Notes under the pieces: generated by a model | Told to the model about the DNA's origin: nothing | The model's input: only the letters and a program-made list of their open reading frames with translations | Database searches by the model: none | Virus record (IMG/VR): IMGVR_UViG_2974516482_000001 | Coordinates: 1 to 31,224 of that record | Origin: a virus | Taxonomy: Duplodnaviria; Heunggongvirae; Uroviricota; Caudoviricetes; Ackermannviridae | Direction: 5' to 3' (one strand) | DNA length: 31,224 bases | Translations under genes and position numbers: made by a program | In this document: in pieces, positions 6,589 to 17,400 of the stretch | Position numbering within the stretch: the stretch's first letter is position 1 | Layout of the letters: each line of letters opens with the position of its first letter

Positions 6589-9500
6589 ATGGCCAACAAA
6601 CCAACACAGCCTCTTTTCCCTTTGGGTTTAGAAACTTCTGAGTCTTCGAACATAAAAGGCTTCAACAACTCCGGCACTATTGAGCATTCCCCTGGTGCCG
6701 TAATGACATTTCCTGAAGATACTGAAGTTACAGGTCTTCCATCTTCTGTGCGTTACAATCCTGATAGTGATGAATTTGAAGGTTATTACGAAAACGGTGG
6801 TTGGTTGTCTTTGGGGGGTGGTGGAATACGCTGGGAAACGCTCCCTTACGCTCCCTCTAGCAATTTGTTAGAAGGTCGTGGCTATCTCATTAATAATACA
6901 ACAGGGACATCTACAGTGGTTCTCCCTTCCCCTACGCGTATTGGGGATTCCGTTACTATTTGTGATGCTTATGGGAAATTTGCCACTTACCCATTGACCG
7001 TGTCTCCTTCTGGAAATAATTTGTATGGCTCCACTGAAGACATGGCTATAACAACTGATAACGTATCAGCAACGTTCACTTGGTCTGGACCTGAACAAGG
7101 TTGGGTTATCACATCCGGCGTCGGTCTTGGCCAAGGCCGTGTCTACAGTCGTGAAATCTTTACACAAATTTTGGCGTCTGAAACAAGTGCTGTCACTCTC
7201 AATACTCCACCAACAATCGTGGACGTGTATGCTGACGGAAAACGTCTTGCGGAATCCAAATATTCACTAGATGGGAATGTAATCACTTTCAGTCCTTCTT
7301 TGCCAGCCAGCACAGAACTTCAGGTGATTGAATATACTCCTATTCAATTGGGTAATGGCGGTGGTTCTAGTTCTTCTACGATTACTTGGGTCTATAATGG
7401 GGGTTCAGCGATTGGTGGTGAAACCGAAATCACGTTAGACGTCGTTGTTGATGATGTTCCGGCTATTGATATAAACGGAAGTCGCCAGTATAAAAATCTG
7501 GGGTTCACATTCGATCCATTAACCAGTAAAATCACTCTTGCGCAAGAACTGGATGCAGAGGATGAAGTTGTTGTAATTATCAATGGAACGCCAAACATCT
7601 ATAATCAAATTGATTATACTTTGCGGGAAGTGGCTCGTGTAACCAATGTTAAAGATACAGAGGTCGTTTATTTTAGTGTTGGTGCTGTGTTAAGCGGGTA
7701 TAAAGTTATCTATGATAAAGTAACACAGAGATCATATTTTATTCCAGAGTTACCGACTGGAACCACGGCAGTCAGCCTTAGTTCTTCGGCTGTGCTTGTA
7801 CATTCTGCTGGTAGTGTTGATCTGGGCGCATTAGCTGTATCTCGTGAAGAATATGTTACCTTGGCTGGGACATTTGATTCTGGTGCTGTCATCAATACTA
7901 AAAATGAATTACTCACCCATACTGATGGAAAGTATCGTTGGGATGGTACACTTCCTAAAACTGTAGCTGCTGGCTCAACTCCAGCAACAACTGGAGGCGT
8001 TGGTTCGGGAGCGTGGTTGAGTGTTGGTGACGCAGCATTTAGACAGGAAGCCAACAAAAAATTCAAATATTCAGTAAAGTTATCTGATTATTCTACATTA
8101 CAGGATGCAGCGACAGCAGCCGTAGATGGATTGCTTATTGATGTTGACTACACTTTTACTGCAGATGAGAGTGTAGATTTTAGCGGTAAAGTTTTAATCA
8201 TTGAATGCAAAGGAAAATTCATTGGCGATGGTATGTTGGTTTGGAATGGTTTGGGTGCGGGTTCAGTAATTAAGAAACCGCACATGCATACTAAAACTAC
8301 GCCGTATACTGTTTACCGATTCGATGCAAACGGTAATTGGGTTACAGACCCAACACAAGTTCTGGCATCTGTTCAGCAGCGTTTGGATGTTGGATATAAG
8401 CCAAATATTAACGATTTAGATATTTGGGACGACCTTCCTGATAATGTAAAAAATCAGGTTGCTGGTGCTACTTTGCGAATAATGAGCGGCGATAATATCA
8501 TCGTAGAGAACCCAGAAGCTACATTTGGTGGTTATCTATTTACTTTATGTAATAGGATTCTTGTTAAGAATCCACGCAATTTTATTGCTTTGGAATCGGG
8601 TATTACATTTGAGAACCATCATACAACTGCATGGGGTACTGGCAACTGGGTTGTTGGGGGTGAGATTAAATATGGCTCTGGTTCCGCTGTACTGTTCATT
8701 CGCAATGATGGTGGTACAGACCATGATGGTGGAGTAAGAGATTTAATCTCATACCGTGTTGGAGAATCAGGTATTAAAACCTATCAGAACGAAATTGGAG
8801 GTCGTTCAGCCAGGAACTACCGTTTAGTGTTCGACAATATAACTACAATCCAGTGTTACTATGATGGTATTGATGTTAATGCTGACACAGGGTCGCCAAC
8901 TGAACGTGTGGATGACTACTCACTCGCAGAGTATCCATGGTTCCACCTACCTACCCAACATATCATCCGTAATATTATTACTCGTGATTGTATGGGGATT
9001 GGTGCTTGGTGGGATGGTCAGAAAAATATTATTGATAATGTTGTTACTTATGAGGCCCATAAGGAAGGCGTCTTCGATAGGGGTACTAACAATGATATTA
9101 CTAACATTACTGTAGTAGGTGCGAATAAGGATTTAACTAACTTAAATCAGCTTACCTGTGAGGGAGGTAGTAGACTTCGTGGTATTAACATCCATGCATA
9201 TACTACACAAGGTTACGCTATATACGCTCCGTCTTCAGAAGTAAGTAATGTTTCCTGTGCTGGTTCCGGTACTAAGAAATTACTATGTACCTATATAAGC
9301 GATATTCAGGGAGGTAATATCAATGTTCAGCATAGTGCCAACCAAATGACACTTGCAATGCAACCTGCTATGGGTGGTACTACAAACCCATCTTTGCTTA
9401 TGACGGCAGATTGCCAGGTTGCTACACCAGGGGGTGAGGCAAGTATTGTCAAGCTTTCGGCAATTCAGGAGGGTGTACGTGTAGGTGAGTTTCAGCTTAA

Positions 9501-9663
9501 CCGCTTAGGCTTTAAGCATATGAGTATACCTGCTGCCCCTTTACAATTACCAGAGAGCGCTCTGGAACATAATTCATCTATAGGATTCTTCTTCGGAAGT
9601 GACGGAGCATTGAGGTTGCTTGCTAAAAAACCAGATGGAAGTTATGTAACATACACACTTTAA
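6589..9663 (+). CDS. Tailspike TSP4-type (anchor + XD1-3 + TD1-2) with a P22-tailspike-family receptor-binding domain
   Basis: The N-terminus MANKPTQPLFPLG... matches CBA120 TSP4 as recalled. From ~aa 487, KKFKYSVKLSDY.TLQDAA.AAVDGLLID matches the P22 gp9/Det7 endorhamnosidase beta-helix. Confidence 0.92.
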   Translation: MANKPTQPLFPLGLETSESSNIKGFNNSGTIEHSPGAVMTFPEDTEVTGLPSSVRYNPDSDEFEGYYENGGWLSLGGGGIRWETLPYAPSSNLLEGRGYLINNTTGTSTVVLPSPTRIGDSVTICDAYGKFATYPLTVSPSGNNLYGSTEDMAITTDNVSATFTWSGPEQGWVITSGVGLGQGRVYSREIFTQILASETSAVTLNTPPTIVDVYADGKRLAESKYSLDGNVITFSPSLPASTELQVIEYTPIQLGNGGGSSSSTITWVYNGGSAIGGETEITLDVVVDDVPAIDINGSRQYKNLGFTFDPLTSKITLAQELDAEDEVVVIINGTPNIYNQIDYTLREVARVTNVKDTEVVYFSVGAVLSGYKVIYDKVTQRSYFIPELPTGTTAVSLSSSAVLVHSAGSVDLGALAVSREEYVTLAGTFDSGAVINTKNELLTHTDGKYRWDGTLPKTVAAGSTPATTGGVGSGAWLSVGDAAFRQEANKKFKYSVKLSDYSTLQDAATAAVDGLLIDVDYTFTADESVDFSGKVLIIECKGKFIGDGMLVWNGLGAGSVIKKPHMHTKTTPYTVYRFDANGNWVTDPTQVLASVQQRLDVGYKPNINDLDIWDDLPDNVKNQVAGATLRIMSGDNIIVENPEATFGGYLFTLCNRILVKNPRNFIALESGITFENHHTTAWGTGNWVVGGEIKYGSGSAVLFIRNDGGTDHDGGVRDLISYRVGESGIKTYQNEIGGRSARNYRLVFDNITTIQCYYDGIDVNADTGSPTERVDDYSLAEYPWFHLPTQHIIRNIITRDCMGIGAWWDGQKNIIDNVVTYEAHKEGVFDRGTNNDITNITVVGANKDLTNLNQLTCEGGSRLRGINIHAYTTQGYAIYAPSSEVSNVSCAGSGTKKLLCTYISDIQGGNINVQHSANQMTLAMQPAMGGTTNPSLLMTADCQVATPGGEASIVKLSAIQEGVRVGEFQLNRLGFKHMSIPAAPLQLPESALEHNSSIGFFFGSDGALRLLAKKPDGSYVTYTL

Positions 9664-9676
9664 TTTATCTTGAGCA

Positions 9677-9702
9677 AAAACCCCGCTTTGGCGGGGTTCT
9701 TA
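9677..9702 (+). terminator. Rho-independent terminator CCCCGC-TTTG-GCGGGG
   Basis: GC stem with a preceding A tract and a short T tract. Confidence 0.75.
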
Positions 9703-9736
9703 TTATACCTTTGTTCATAAATTTTATTAGTTCAGA

Positions 9737-9747
9737 CTAAATACCCC
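9737..9747 (+). promoter_or_regulatory. Late promoter CTAAATACCCC overlapping an RBS-occluding hairpin (9740-9774)
   Basis: Motif plus perfect 11-bp inverted repeat 9740-9750/9764-9774. Confidence 0.75.
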
Positions 9748-9779
9748 ATATTGGCAAATCCTTTATGGGGTATTTTCAA

Positions 9780-12008
9780 ATGACCAGAAATGTAGAAGAA
9801 TTATTCGGCGGCGTAATCACAGCTCCCCACCAGATTCCTTTCACGTATAAATCAAATGTCGGTGGAGAAACTTTTCTTTCCTTGCCGTTCTATCCCGTCA
9901 CTGGTGTTATCACAATCAACGGTGGTATGCAAGTTCCGTTAGACAACTTTGAAATCGAAGGAAATACGTTGAATCTCGGACGCGCATTGTCCAAAGGCGA
10001 TGTTGTGTATTGCTTATTCGATAAAATTCTTTCACCAGAAGATACAGCCAAAGGTATCCGCATATACAAATTTCAGGCCGTAGGAGGGGAAACCGAGTTT
10101 ACTCCTGATTTCACATCTTATGGAGTCCAATCTCTTTATATTGGTGGCGAGTACAAAACACCCGAAATTGAATATTCCTATAACAGCACGACAGGGAAAG
10201 TGTCTTTGCAAACTGCACTGACTGCAGGCGTTTGGGTAGTCGCTGAAATGTCTGTTAAACAACCGAATATCAGTCCGGCGTTTGACCGAAGTATTCAAGA
10301 AATCGCCCGTTCTGCTAATGTGAAAGACTCTGAAGTCATCGTTAGTACGGACACCATATCTTTGTTGGATGGGAAGAAAGTTGTTTATGACATAGCGACG
10401 CAAACCAGTTATGGTTTACCAACCATTCCTGATGGTTCTGTCATTTCTACGATCTCAGACGGGAAATTGAATTACAACCCAGGTGATGTGCAGGTTGATC
10501 TCTTACCATTACCAGATTCTTCTCAGGCGGTTAAATTATTCTATTTACAACCAAGCGGCGCAGAAAATATTAAAGTTTCCAGTGGAGACACAGTACAAGA
10601 TATTCTGAATAATATCAATAAACACCGTGTCGTTGGTAGTATGGCAGAACTTTTGAATGTGTCTCCAACTGAAACGACCTTCGTGTTTGTGACTTCTTTC
10701 CACCCATCAACCAATTATGGTGGTGGTTTCTTCCGTTGGGATCCTTCTGGGAACAAGGCTGCTCACAACGGCGGCACGATCATCGATCCTGGTAAAACGT
10801 TCCCGACTTGGGACAGCGCAGGGAAGACTTCTTGGTTTACCGCAAGCGGGACAGGTACTGGAGTTTGGCGTCGTCAAGACGTGATGGGTCATTACCGCGC
10901 TGAAGACTTTGGTGCGCTTCCTTGGAACGTCGGGGACGCGCATGACAGTACCAAAGAATTCCAACAAGTGGCCAACGTGGCATATCGGGGCGGTTGCTGG
11001 AGATGGACAGGTCGCCATCGCATTACGAGTTATATTGATATTCCCAATAAACAGACTTTTGGTTCATACGCCCAAATGACTTCTGTTTATTCTGAACTAT
11101 TCCAGCCCAGCAATTTCCAGGGGGTGCACGTTATTTCTGATCCTTCTTTAGCGCGTTCTGTACAAAATGCTGTCTTCTTTGATGCTGCGACTGGAGAAGC
11201 ATTCCGTTGTGGTGAAGGTGCATCACCAACAGATTGTTTGGTGTACGGAAGAGGGTTTACAACTACTGGGATGGATTTGGCGACATCATTACCTTCGGCG
11301 GCTTCGTATTGTGACACCCAAGCATTCCGTCATGGAAAGGCCATTAACGTGCGAAATGTTACTGTGGCGCTTATGAAGTACGCGTTGGATTCTAATCCAT
11401 GGGATGCCAGCAAAGGTGATTATTATTCCACTACGGATCATATGACGATTCTGTATTGTTATTGTATTAGTCGTGTTCCATCTGGACAGGATATAACATT
11501 CAATACCAAGCATATCAATATGCGTGCTTATGTAAACCAGATTGGCGATTATGGATTGGCGGTTCGAAATGTGGTGTTCATCGGCGGTTCGATCGAAGGG
11601 TATAACACTTCAACATACTTACGTTCCAGTACTCAACTTTCTTTCAAAGGGACATATTTTGAAACGGGAGATACAGCATTCAATGGTACTGTATTCAGTC
11701 TTGTTGGTTGGTGTACTTTGAACTTTGAAGAATGTCTCGTTTATTTGAATAATACCACAAACTTCGTGTCTTCGGGTGGTTCAGGACAGTCTGCTGGCGT
11801 CTTAGGTTTAACAATTAAATCTCAAGGTAATGTGTGGCGCAAAACTGACGTGGGAACAACTACGGTGTTTGCAGTTGATCCGGTCACTAATAAGCAAGCC
11901 TTGCTTGGATCCGAAATATTGAATGCTGTGAGTGGGGCAACTATCGCATATTGGGCTGGCGCCGTCCCACCTGGCACATACACAGCTCCAATCAGTGTTG
12001 CATTTTAA
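9780..12008 (+). CDS. Tailspike TSP2-type (742 aa)
   Basis: MTRNVEELFGG... XD2/XD3/TD1 N-terminus as in Kuttervirus TSP2; GGGFFRWD..NGGTII head motif followed by a beta-helix-like region. Confidence 0.9.
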   Translation: MTRNVEELFGGVITAPHQIPFTYKSNVGGETFLSLPFYPVTGVITINGGMQVPLDNFEIEGNTLNLGRALSKGDVVYCLFDKILSPEDTAKGIRIYKFQAVGGETEFTPDFTSYGVQSLYIGGEYKTPEIEYSYNSTTGKVSLQTALTAGVWVVAEMSVKQPNISPAFDRSIQEIARSANVKDSEVIVSTDTISLLDGKKVVYDIATQTSYGLPTIPDGSVISTISDGKLNYNPGDVQVDLLPLPDSSQAVKLFYLQPSGAENIKVSSGDTVQDILNNINKHRVVGSMAELLNVSPTETTFVFVTSFHPSTNYGGGFFRWDPSGNKAAHNGGTIIDPGKTFPTWDSAGKTSWFTASGTGTGVWRRQDVMGHYRAEDFGALPWNVGDAHDSTKEFQQVANVAYRGGCWRWTGRHRITSYIDIPNKQTFGSYAQMTSVYSELFQPSNFQGVHVISDPSLARSVQNAVFFDAATGEAFRCGEGASPTDCLVYGRGFTTTGMDLATSLPSAASYCDTQAFRHGKAINVRNVTVALMKYALDSNPWDASKGDYYSTTDHMTILYCYCISRVPSGQDITFNTKHINMRAYVNQIGDYGLAVRNVVFIGGSIEGYNTSTYLRSSTQLSFKGTYFETGDTAFNGTVFSLVGWCTLNFEECLVYLNNTTNFVSSGGSGQSAGVLGLTIKSQGNVWRKTDVGTTTVFAVDPVTNKQALLGSEILNAVSGATIAYWAGAVPPGTYTAPISVAF

Positions 12009-12012
12009 TTTC

Positions 12013-12033
12013 CCCCTCCTTCGGGAGGGTTTA
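12013..12033 (+). terminator. Weak terminator-like hairpin CCCTCC-TTCG-GGAGGG-TTT
   Basis: UUCG hairpin with a short U tract between TSP2 and the next tailspike. Confidence 0.5.
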
Positions 12034-12055
12034 TTAGAAAAACAGGAGATTCATC

Positions 12056-14368
12056 ATGAATCCGCAATTTGCTCAACCAAAAGGTTCTACTTCAAAAGAA
12101 TCGAACAAAGATAGTATTGCCCGTAAATTTGGGTGTAAAAAGTCGGAAGTCGTTTATGCCAAAGCGGGACAGTCATTGTCTGGTTATAAAGTGATCTACG
12201 ATAAGTTGTCTCAACGTGCCTACGCTCTCCCTTCTAACATTGGTGCTGTAACGGTCACCAGTTTGGTCGACGGCATCCTCACACACTCTGGAGGCACTGT
12301 AGATTTGGGTGCGCTGGCCGTATTGCGTGAGGAATACGTCATTCTGATAGAAAATTTCACTTCTGGATTTACGATTCGTGTCAAGAACGAAGTCGTGAGC
12401 GATGGGGTGAGTCTATATCGTTGGAATGGTGCATTACCTAAAGTTGTTCCTGTTGGTTCAACTCCTGCATCAACTGGTGGCGTTGGCTTAGGTGCTTGGC
12501 GGTCAATTGGAGTTTCTTTGCCTAACGGCACTGTCAACGACGCCATTAAATATGTCACTCCTGAAATGTTCCGACTGGATACGGATACCAATGATGACCA
12601 AATGTTTCAGCGCATGTGGGATTTTGCAATTCCTGCCAACGCCAACATAATTGGTGATGGTGAGTATCACTTAGCCAATACCTATGAAGTTCCGGAAGTG
12701 CATACACCTCCTGTGCGTTATGACTTCAATGTGATGACCATCAAATTGCGCAAGGTGGTATACACAGCAGCAACAGGAGTTGCATTTGTCAACAGGTCTC
12801 CTGGATGTGTGTTTGAAATTGGTGAGCTAGCTGGCAAGATATTTGAGATCGCAGAAGAGGCTGGCACACTGGATTCTGTAGTTATCGATGAAACAATTGG
12901 ATTTCAGTTAATGGGGCAAGGAAGAATCCCTAACGTTATTCACGTAGTACATGGATTTGCAACCAATGTGAAACTGGATACTTGTTTCACCAGAGCCATC
13001 TATGTGGGCGAATGTTATGATTCATTGCGTGGCGTAAGATGCGTAGTGGCTAACGCTAACCGTATCTTCGGTAAGATTGGTGGTGGCTTTAGTAATGCCG
13101 AGATTGACCCGTCTACCTGCGAAGTTGGTATTACTTTTGATACCAGTTCTAACACTAATGAAGTGTATGCCAATATTGAGTATTGTCGTCGTACAGTAAA
13201 CTCACGTCCATTTGTAGATGATGGTTCTACTAACGTATTCTTCGGTTATATCGAGTCCTGTAACTCACCTGGCCTGGTGAATGGCCCTTATGCCCGTTAC
13301 CAGATTAAGAACGGGGGTAATAATACTCGCTCACAGTTTGGATATGAAGTTGGTGGTATGCAGTCTCAGATTGAGATGTTGGATGATGTAGTTGATAACG
13401 GTGTTCCTGTTACTGTAGGTAACTCCACCATTACCTATAAGAACTTGCAATCTGCTCTGTCTAAGTCGAATCAGGCTGAAGTAATTGGTAAAGGTAGTCG
13501 TGAGATTATTGCTCAGGGGAAGGTGAATCAGTATATCGTAAGTTCCAATGACTTACTGGCACCACAATGGAACTTGGCTGTTGGTGGAGCTGCGCAGACT
13601 AGTGACCTGTCTATTACTTCCGGTTTGCTGAATGGCGGTGCTTCTACACAGTATCGTTATGGGTCTCGTATTGTTGCTAATCGAGAAGCCACCGAATCTG
13701 ATTATTACGTGATTAGTCAAAACGTTACTGCAGCCTTCCTGCGTGAAGTGTCTTTCGGGATTGCATTGCGTATGGTTGAGGAAGTCGGTTATCCTGGAGA
13801 TGCAGAATTTTTGCTGAAGATTCAGGCTATTACTGGTAATATCCTTTACAGTAAAGCGTTCCGTTTAACTGGTGGTAGTAAGATTGTTGAGCATTTCCAC
13901 AGTGTTCCTACTCAATTTGTTGACAGTGATACTTATAGTGTTCAGCTCCATATTCGTACATGGAAGATGTCAAAAATTGATATCTTTAATATTCATCTAT
14001 GTAATGGGGCTAACATTGAACGTGCTCCTGCTAGTGTTGGTACTGGACCCACCCCATTCCAACCAATAGACAAGAATGCCATAGGGTTCCTGCCTAAGCG
14101 GATATGTAAACCAATTTCTGCGCCGTTAACTTTGAAACAATATGAATTTGACACATATATTGTTGAGGGTACTGGTAATATTACCTTACACGCTGGGTAT
14201 GATGGGCAGACTGTTACCTTCATCCGTAATGGTGCCACTGATTTCAATTTATTATCTACAGAAACAATCGATGGTGCAGGTTTGACTCCAATGACTGATG
14301 GTATGAAAATTACAATTCAGTTCATTGAGCAATTAGGAAGGTGGGTTACTTTATCAAAGGTATCATAA
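12056..14368 (+). CDS. Tailspike at the TSP1 position (770 aa)
   Basis: Short helical N-terminus plus TD1/TD2 (GYKVIYDK..., YRW.G.LPK.V..GSTP..TGGVG.GAW), YVTPEMF neck, beta-helix, and a C-terminal domain that may be carbohydrate-binding. Confidence 0.9.
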   Translation: MNPQFAQPKGSTSKESNKDSIARKFGCKKSEVVYAKAGQSLSGYKVIYDKLSQRAYALPSNIGAVTVTSLVDGILTHSGGTVDLGALAVLREEYVILIENFTSGFTIRVKNEVVSDGVSLYRWNGALPKVVPVGSTPASTGGVGLGAWRSIGVSLPNGTVNDAIKYVTPEMFRLDTDTNDDQMFQRMWDFAIPANANIIGDGEYHLANTYEVPEVHTPPVRYDFNVMTIKLRKVVYTAATGVAFVNRSPGCVFEIGELAGKIFEIAEEAGTLDSVVIDETIGFQLMGQGRIPNVIHVVHGFATNVKLDTCFTRAIYVGECYDSLRGVRCVVANANRIFGKIGGGFSNAEIDPSTCEVGITFDTSSNTNEVYANIEYCRRTVNSRPFVDDGSTNVFFGYIESCNSPGLVNGPYARYQIKNGGNNTRSQFGYEVGGMQSQIEMLDDVVDNGVPVTVGNSTITYKNLQSALSKSNQAEVIGKGSREIIAQGKVNQYIVSSNDLLAPQWNLAVGGAAQTSDLSITSGLLNGGASTQYRYGSRIVANREATESDYYVISQNVTAAFLREVSFGIALRMVEEVGYPGDAEFLLKIQAITGNILYSKAFRLTGGSKIVEHFHSVPTQFVDSDTYSVQLHIRTWKMSKIDIFNIHLCNGANIERAPASVGTGPTPFQPIDKNAIGFLPKRICKPISAPLTLKQYEFDTYIVEGTGNITLHAGYDGQTVTFIRNGATDFNLLSTETIDGAGLTPMTDGMKITIQFIEQLGRWVTLSKVS

Positions 14369-14370
14369 TA

Positions 14371-14398
14371 AAAACCCCGCTTTGGCGGGGTTTTTATT
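14371..14398 (+). terminator. Rho-independent (possibly bidirectional) terminator
   Basis: AAAACCCCGC-TTTG-GCGGGGTTTTT; 22 bp identical to 9677-9698. Confidence 0.85.
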
Positions 14399-14421
14399 TC
14401 TATCTGTTTGTTGGTTGTATA

Positions 14422-14428
14422 CTAAATA
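14422..14428 (+). promoter_or_regulatory. Late promoter CTAAATA (vriC)
   Basis: Motif match upstream of the gene start. Confidence 0.7.
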
Positions 14429-14461
14429 TCTCTATAAAATGGCACTCGATGGAGCATCAAA

Positions 14462-17400
14462 ATGCAATCTACAAATTTAAACCGTCGCCCGTATTGGGAT
14501 GACTGGAATCCTGGGAAACGTTTTTCACGGATTCTTTTTCGTCCGATGCCTATCAAGGTTCAGACTCGCGAACTGAACCAGATGCAGACTATTCTTCAGG
14601 ATCAAATTGAAAAACTGGGCAACCATTTGTTCAAAGATGGTTCTATGGTTATCCCTGGCGGTCTGACGATTACCAATGCCGCAGTCTCTTTGAAATTCAC
14701 TTTGGCTGGTGGTACTGAATTCACTGATCTGGAAGGTATTTCTGAACTCTACGTTTTGGGGAAGGACAATAATGCCAAAGCGCGTGTGTTGTCTCTTGAA
14801 CGTGATCTGTCTGCTCCTGATACGATGCTGGCTATCCTTGAGATGACTGAAGCGGGTAATGCTGACGGATTCCATGTTAACGATAATCTGTATTTCCAGA
14901 CTTACGATGTGAATGATAATTTCATTCGTATTGGTTATGGTATCGCAGCTGCGGTGACTGGTTCTATCGTCGCTCGTATGACGAAAGGCGTTTACTTCAT
15001 TCGTGGGATGTTCCTAGACGTTGATGACGCAACTCTTATCGTTGATAAAACTTCTAACATCACTTCCCACCGCATCGGATTTAAAGTCACCGAAACTATT
15101 GTCACCGAAACAGAAGATGAATCCCTTTATTCAAATGCTCAGGGAACGATTAACTCCAAAGCCCCAGGCGCTCATCGTCTTCGAATAGATCTGGTCTTAT
15201 CTCGATTTGATTATGATGCTGTGGTTGAAGACTTTGTTGAACTGGCCAAAGTTCGTGATGGTAAAATCCAGTCTATGGTGACTCAGTCCACCTATAATAT
15301 TCTGGAAGACACGTTGGCCCAACGGACGTATGAAACCAACGGCGATTACAACGTTTCAACGCACCAGATCGACATCCGCGAACACCTGAAAGTCAATAAC
15401 AATGGCGGGGTATTCAATGCTGCTGATGGCGGTGACGAAAGTAAATTCGTGTCTGTGATGAAACCAGGTATTTCCTATGTTCGTGGTCGCCGTATCGAAA
15501 ACGTCGGGGAAGAGTTGGTGATCGTTGATAAGGCGCGGGATACCGATGCCCTGAATAACACCCCTGTTGCGGTGGCCACAGGCAATTATCTGGTCACCAA
15601 GAATTCTAAAGGTGTGCCAGTGATATCCCGCACCGTTCGATACAAATTACTGAATGCTTCAGGCGTTACCCAGGCTACAGCACTTTGTATATCAGCTGAA
15701 CGTAATTCAACAGAATTTCGTCTATATATGCGCGACCTGGTCGTTACTGGCGATGCATCCACTATCACCAAAGTGTCTTACGAAGAAAGCGGTATCACCA
15801 TGTTCTCTGCTGAACTTGAATCCAATCAGTTTAACCAGAGTTCTATGATAGATCTAATCTTCTCTCTTCCGGTATTCGGTGTCAAGACTTTAGCACCAAC
15901 TGGCTCCGTGGATATCAACTACACTGTTCTCAGAACGTATAAAGTGACGTTGGACAACAGCGGCGCGGGTTCTATTTCTGCCCCATTGGGATATAGTTTT
16001 TCCCCAGAATTTTCGTTGTACTCTGCAGCGAAATCAGATGGTTCGGAAGCGCAGTTCGATATCTCTGGTTCTTTGTCTTTGACTGGTTCTCCGGTCGGTT
16101 CGGCGCTGCAGATTTCTCTGGGCAGTGGTAATGCTAACCAGTCAATCAATTTGCTGGCGCTGATGATTCGTACCACGGCCACAATCAAAACGAAGACCAT
16201 CACTGAAACAACTGAAACAGTGACGTTCACCTCGCAGACTAGCCGTCCTTTGGCGAATCACGATGGTTGGAAATTGGTATCGGTCAAAAACGATACTGGC
16301 GCAGACGTGACCTCCAGCTTCGTCCTAGATGGCGGACAGCGTGATGCAGGGTATTACAAGTCTAACTTGTTATCCAGCGCTGGAGCAATCTCAGGGACGT
16401 ATACAGTGGTGTATCAATACTTCGCCCACAGTTCCGGTGATTTCTTCTCTGCTGATTCGTATACTTCGATGGATTATAAAGATATCCCGAATTATACATC
16501 TTCTACATCAGGCGCGGTGTACGGCCTGGCAGATAGTTTGGATTTCCGTCCGAAAATCACCAACGGAACTTCTGACACAGATATGGTTCGTCCAAACACT
16601 GCAGTTATTCTGGACACAGAATATTATCTGCCGCGTATTGACGCGATTTATCTGGCAGACAACGGTGTGTTTGGTGTGGCTCGAGGCATTAGTTCTAACA
16701 ACCTGGCTTCTCCAGCAATCCCAGCGAACGCCATGCGTTTGTATGAATTGTTGATCCCTCCGTATACACCGAATATTGATGATATCCAAATTCGAACTAT
16801 TGACAATCGTCGTTATACGATGCGCGATATCGGTAAACTGGAAACCCGTATTTCCAATGTTGAATACTATACCTCCCTGTCACAGCTGGAATCTTCAGCG
16901 ATGACACAGCAAGTGTTCGACCCCATCACGGGTAATCCCCGTTTCAAAAATGGTATTGCGGCTGATCCGTTCAAGGACTTCCGGTTGATTGATGACTTGT
17001 CTGAAGATTGGATGGGTTCTATCGATACCGAAAACGGACGTCTGCGCCCGTTTGTACAACAAAACGTTGTTGACATGACTCCTGTTGGCTGGAACAAAGT
17101 GATGGATGGGATGGTGGTTTGCAATTACACGCCTGAAATCTCAGTGAACCAAGAATATGCGACGACGACGATCAACGTTAACCCGTATGCAGTATTCAAT
17201 TGGGAAGGTTTCTTGAAGATTAACCCGACCACAGACTACTGGTTCGAAAACTATTATGTTGCACCGCGTATTATCAATGAAACGATCAACACCCGTGGTA
17301 CTGTACAAGAAGGTTCAGTGTACGGAACATGGCGTACTGTTTCTGTTTCTGATCGTGTTTGGGAACCGCATGGTGCTGGTGGTGTGTGGTGGGGATATCG

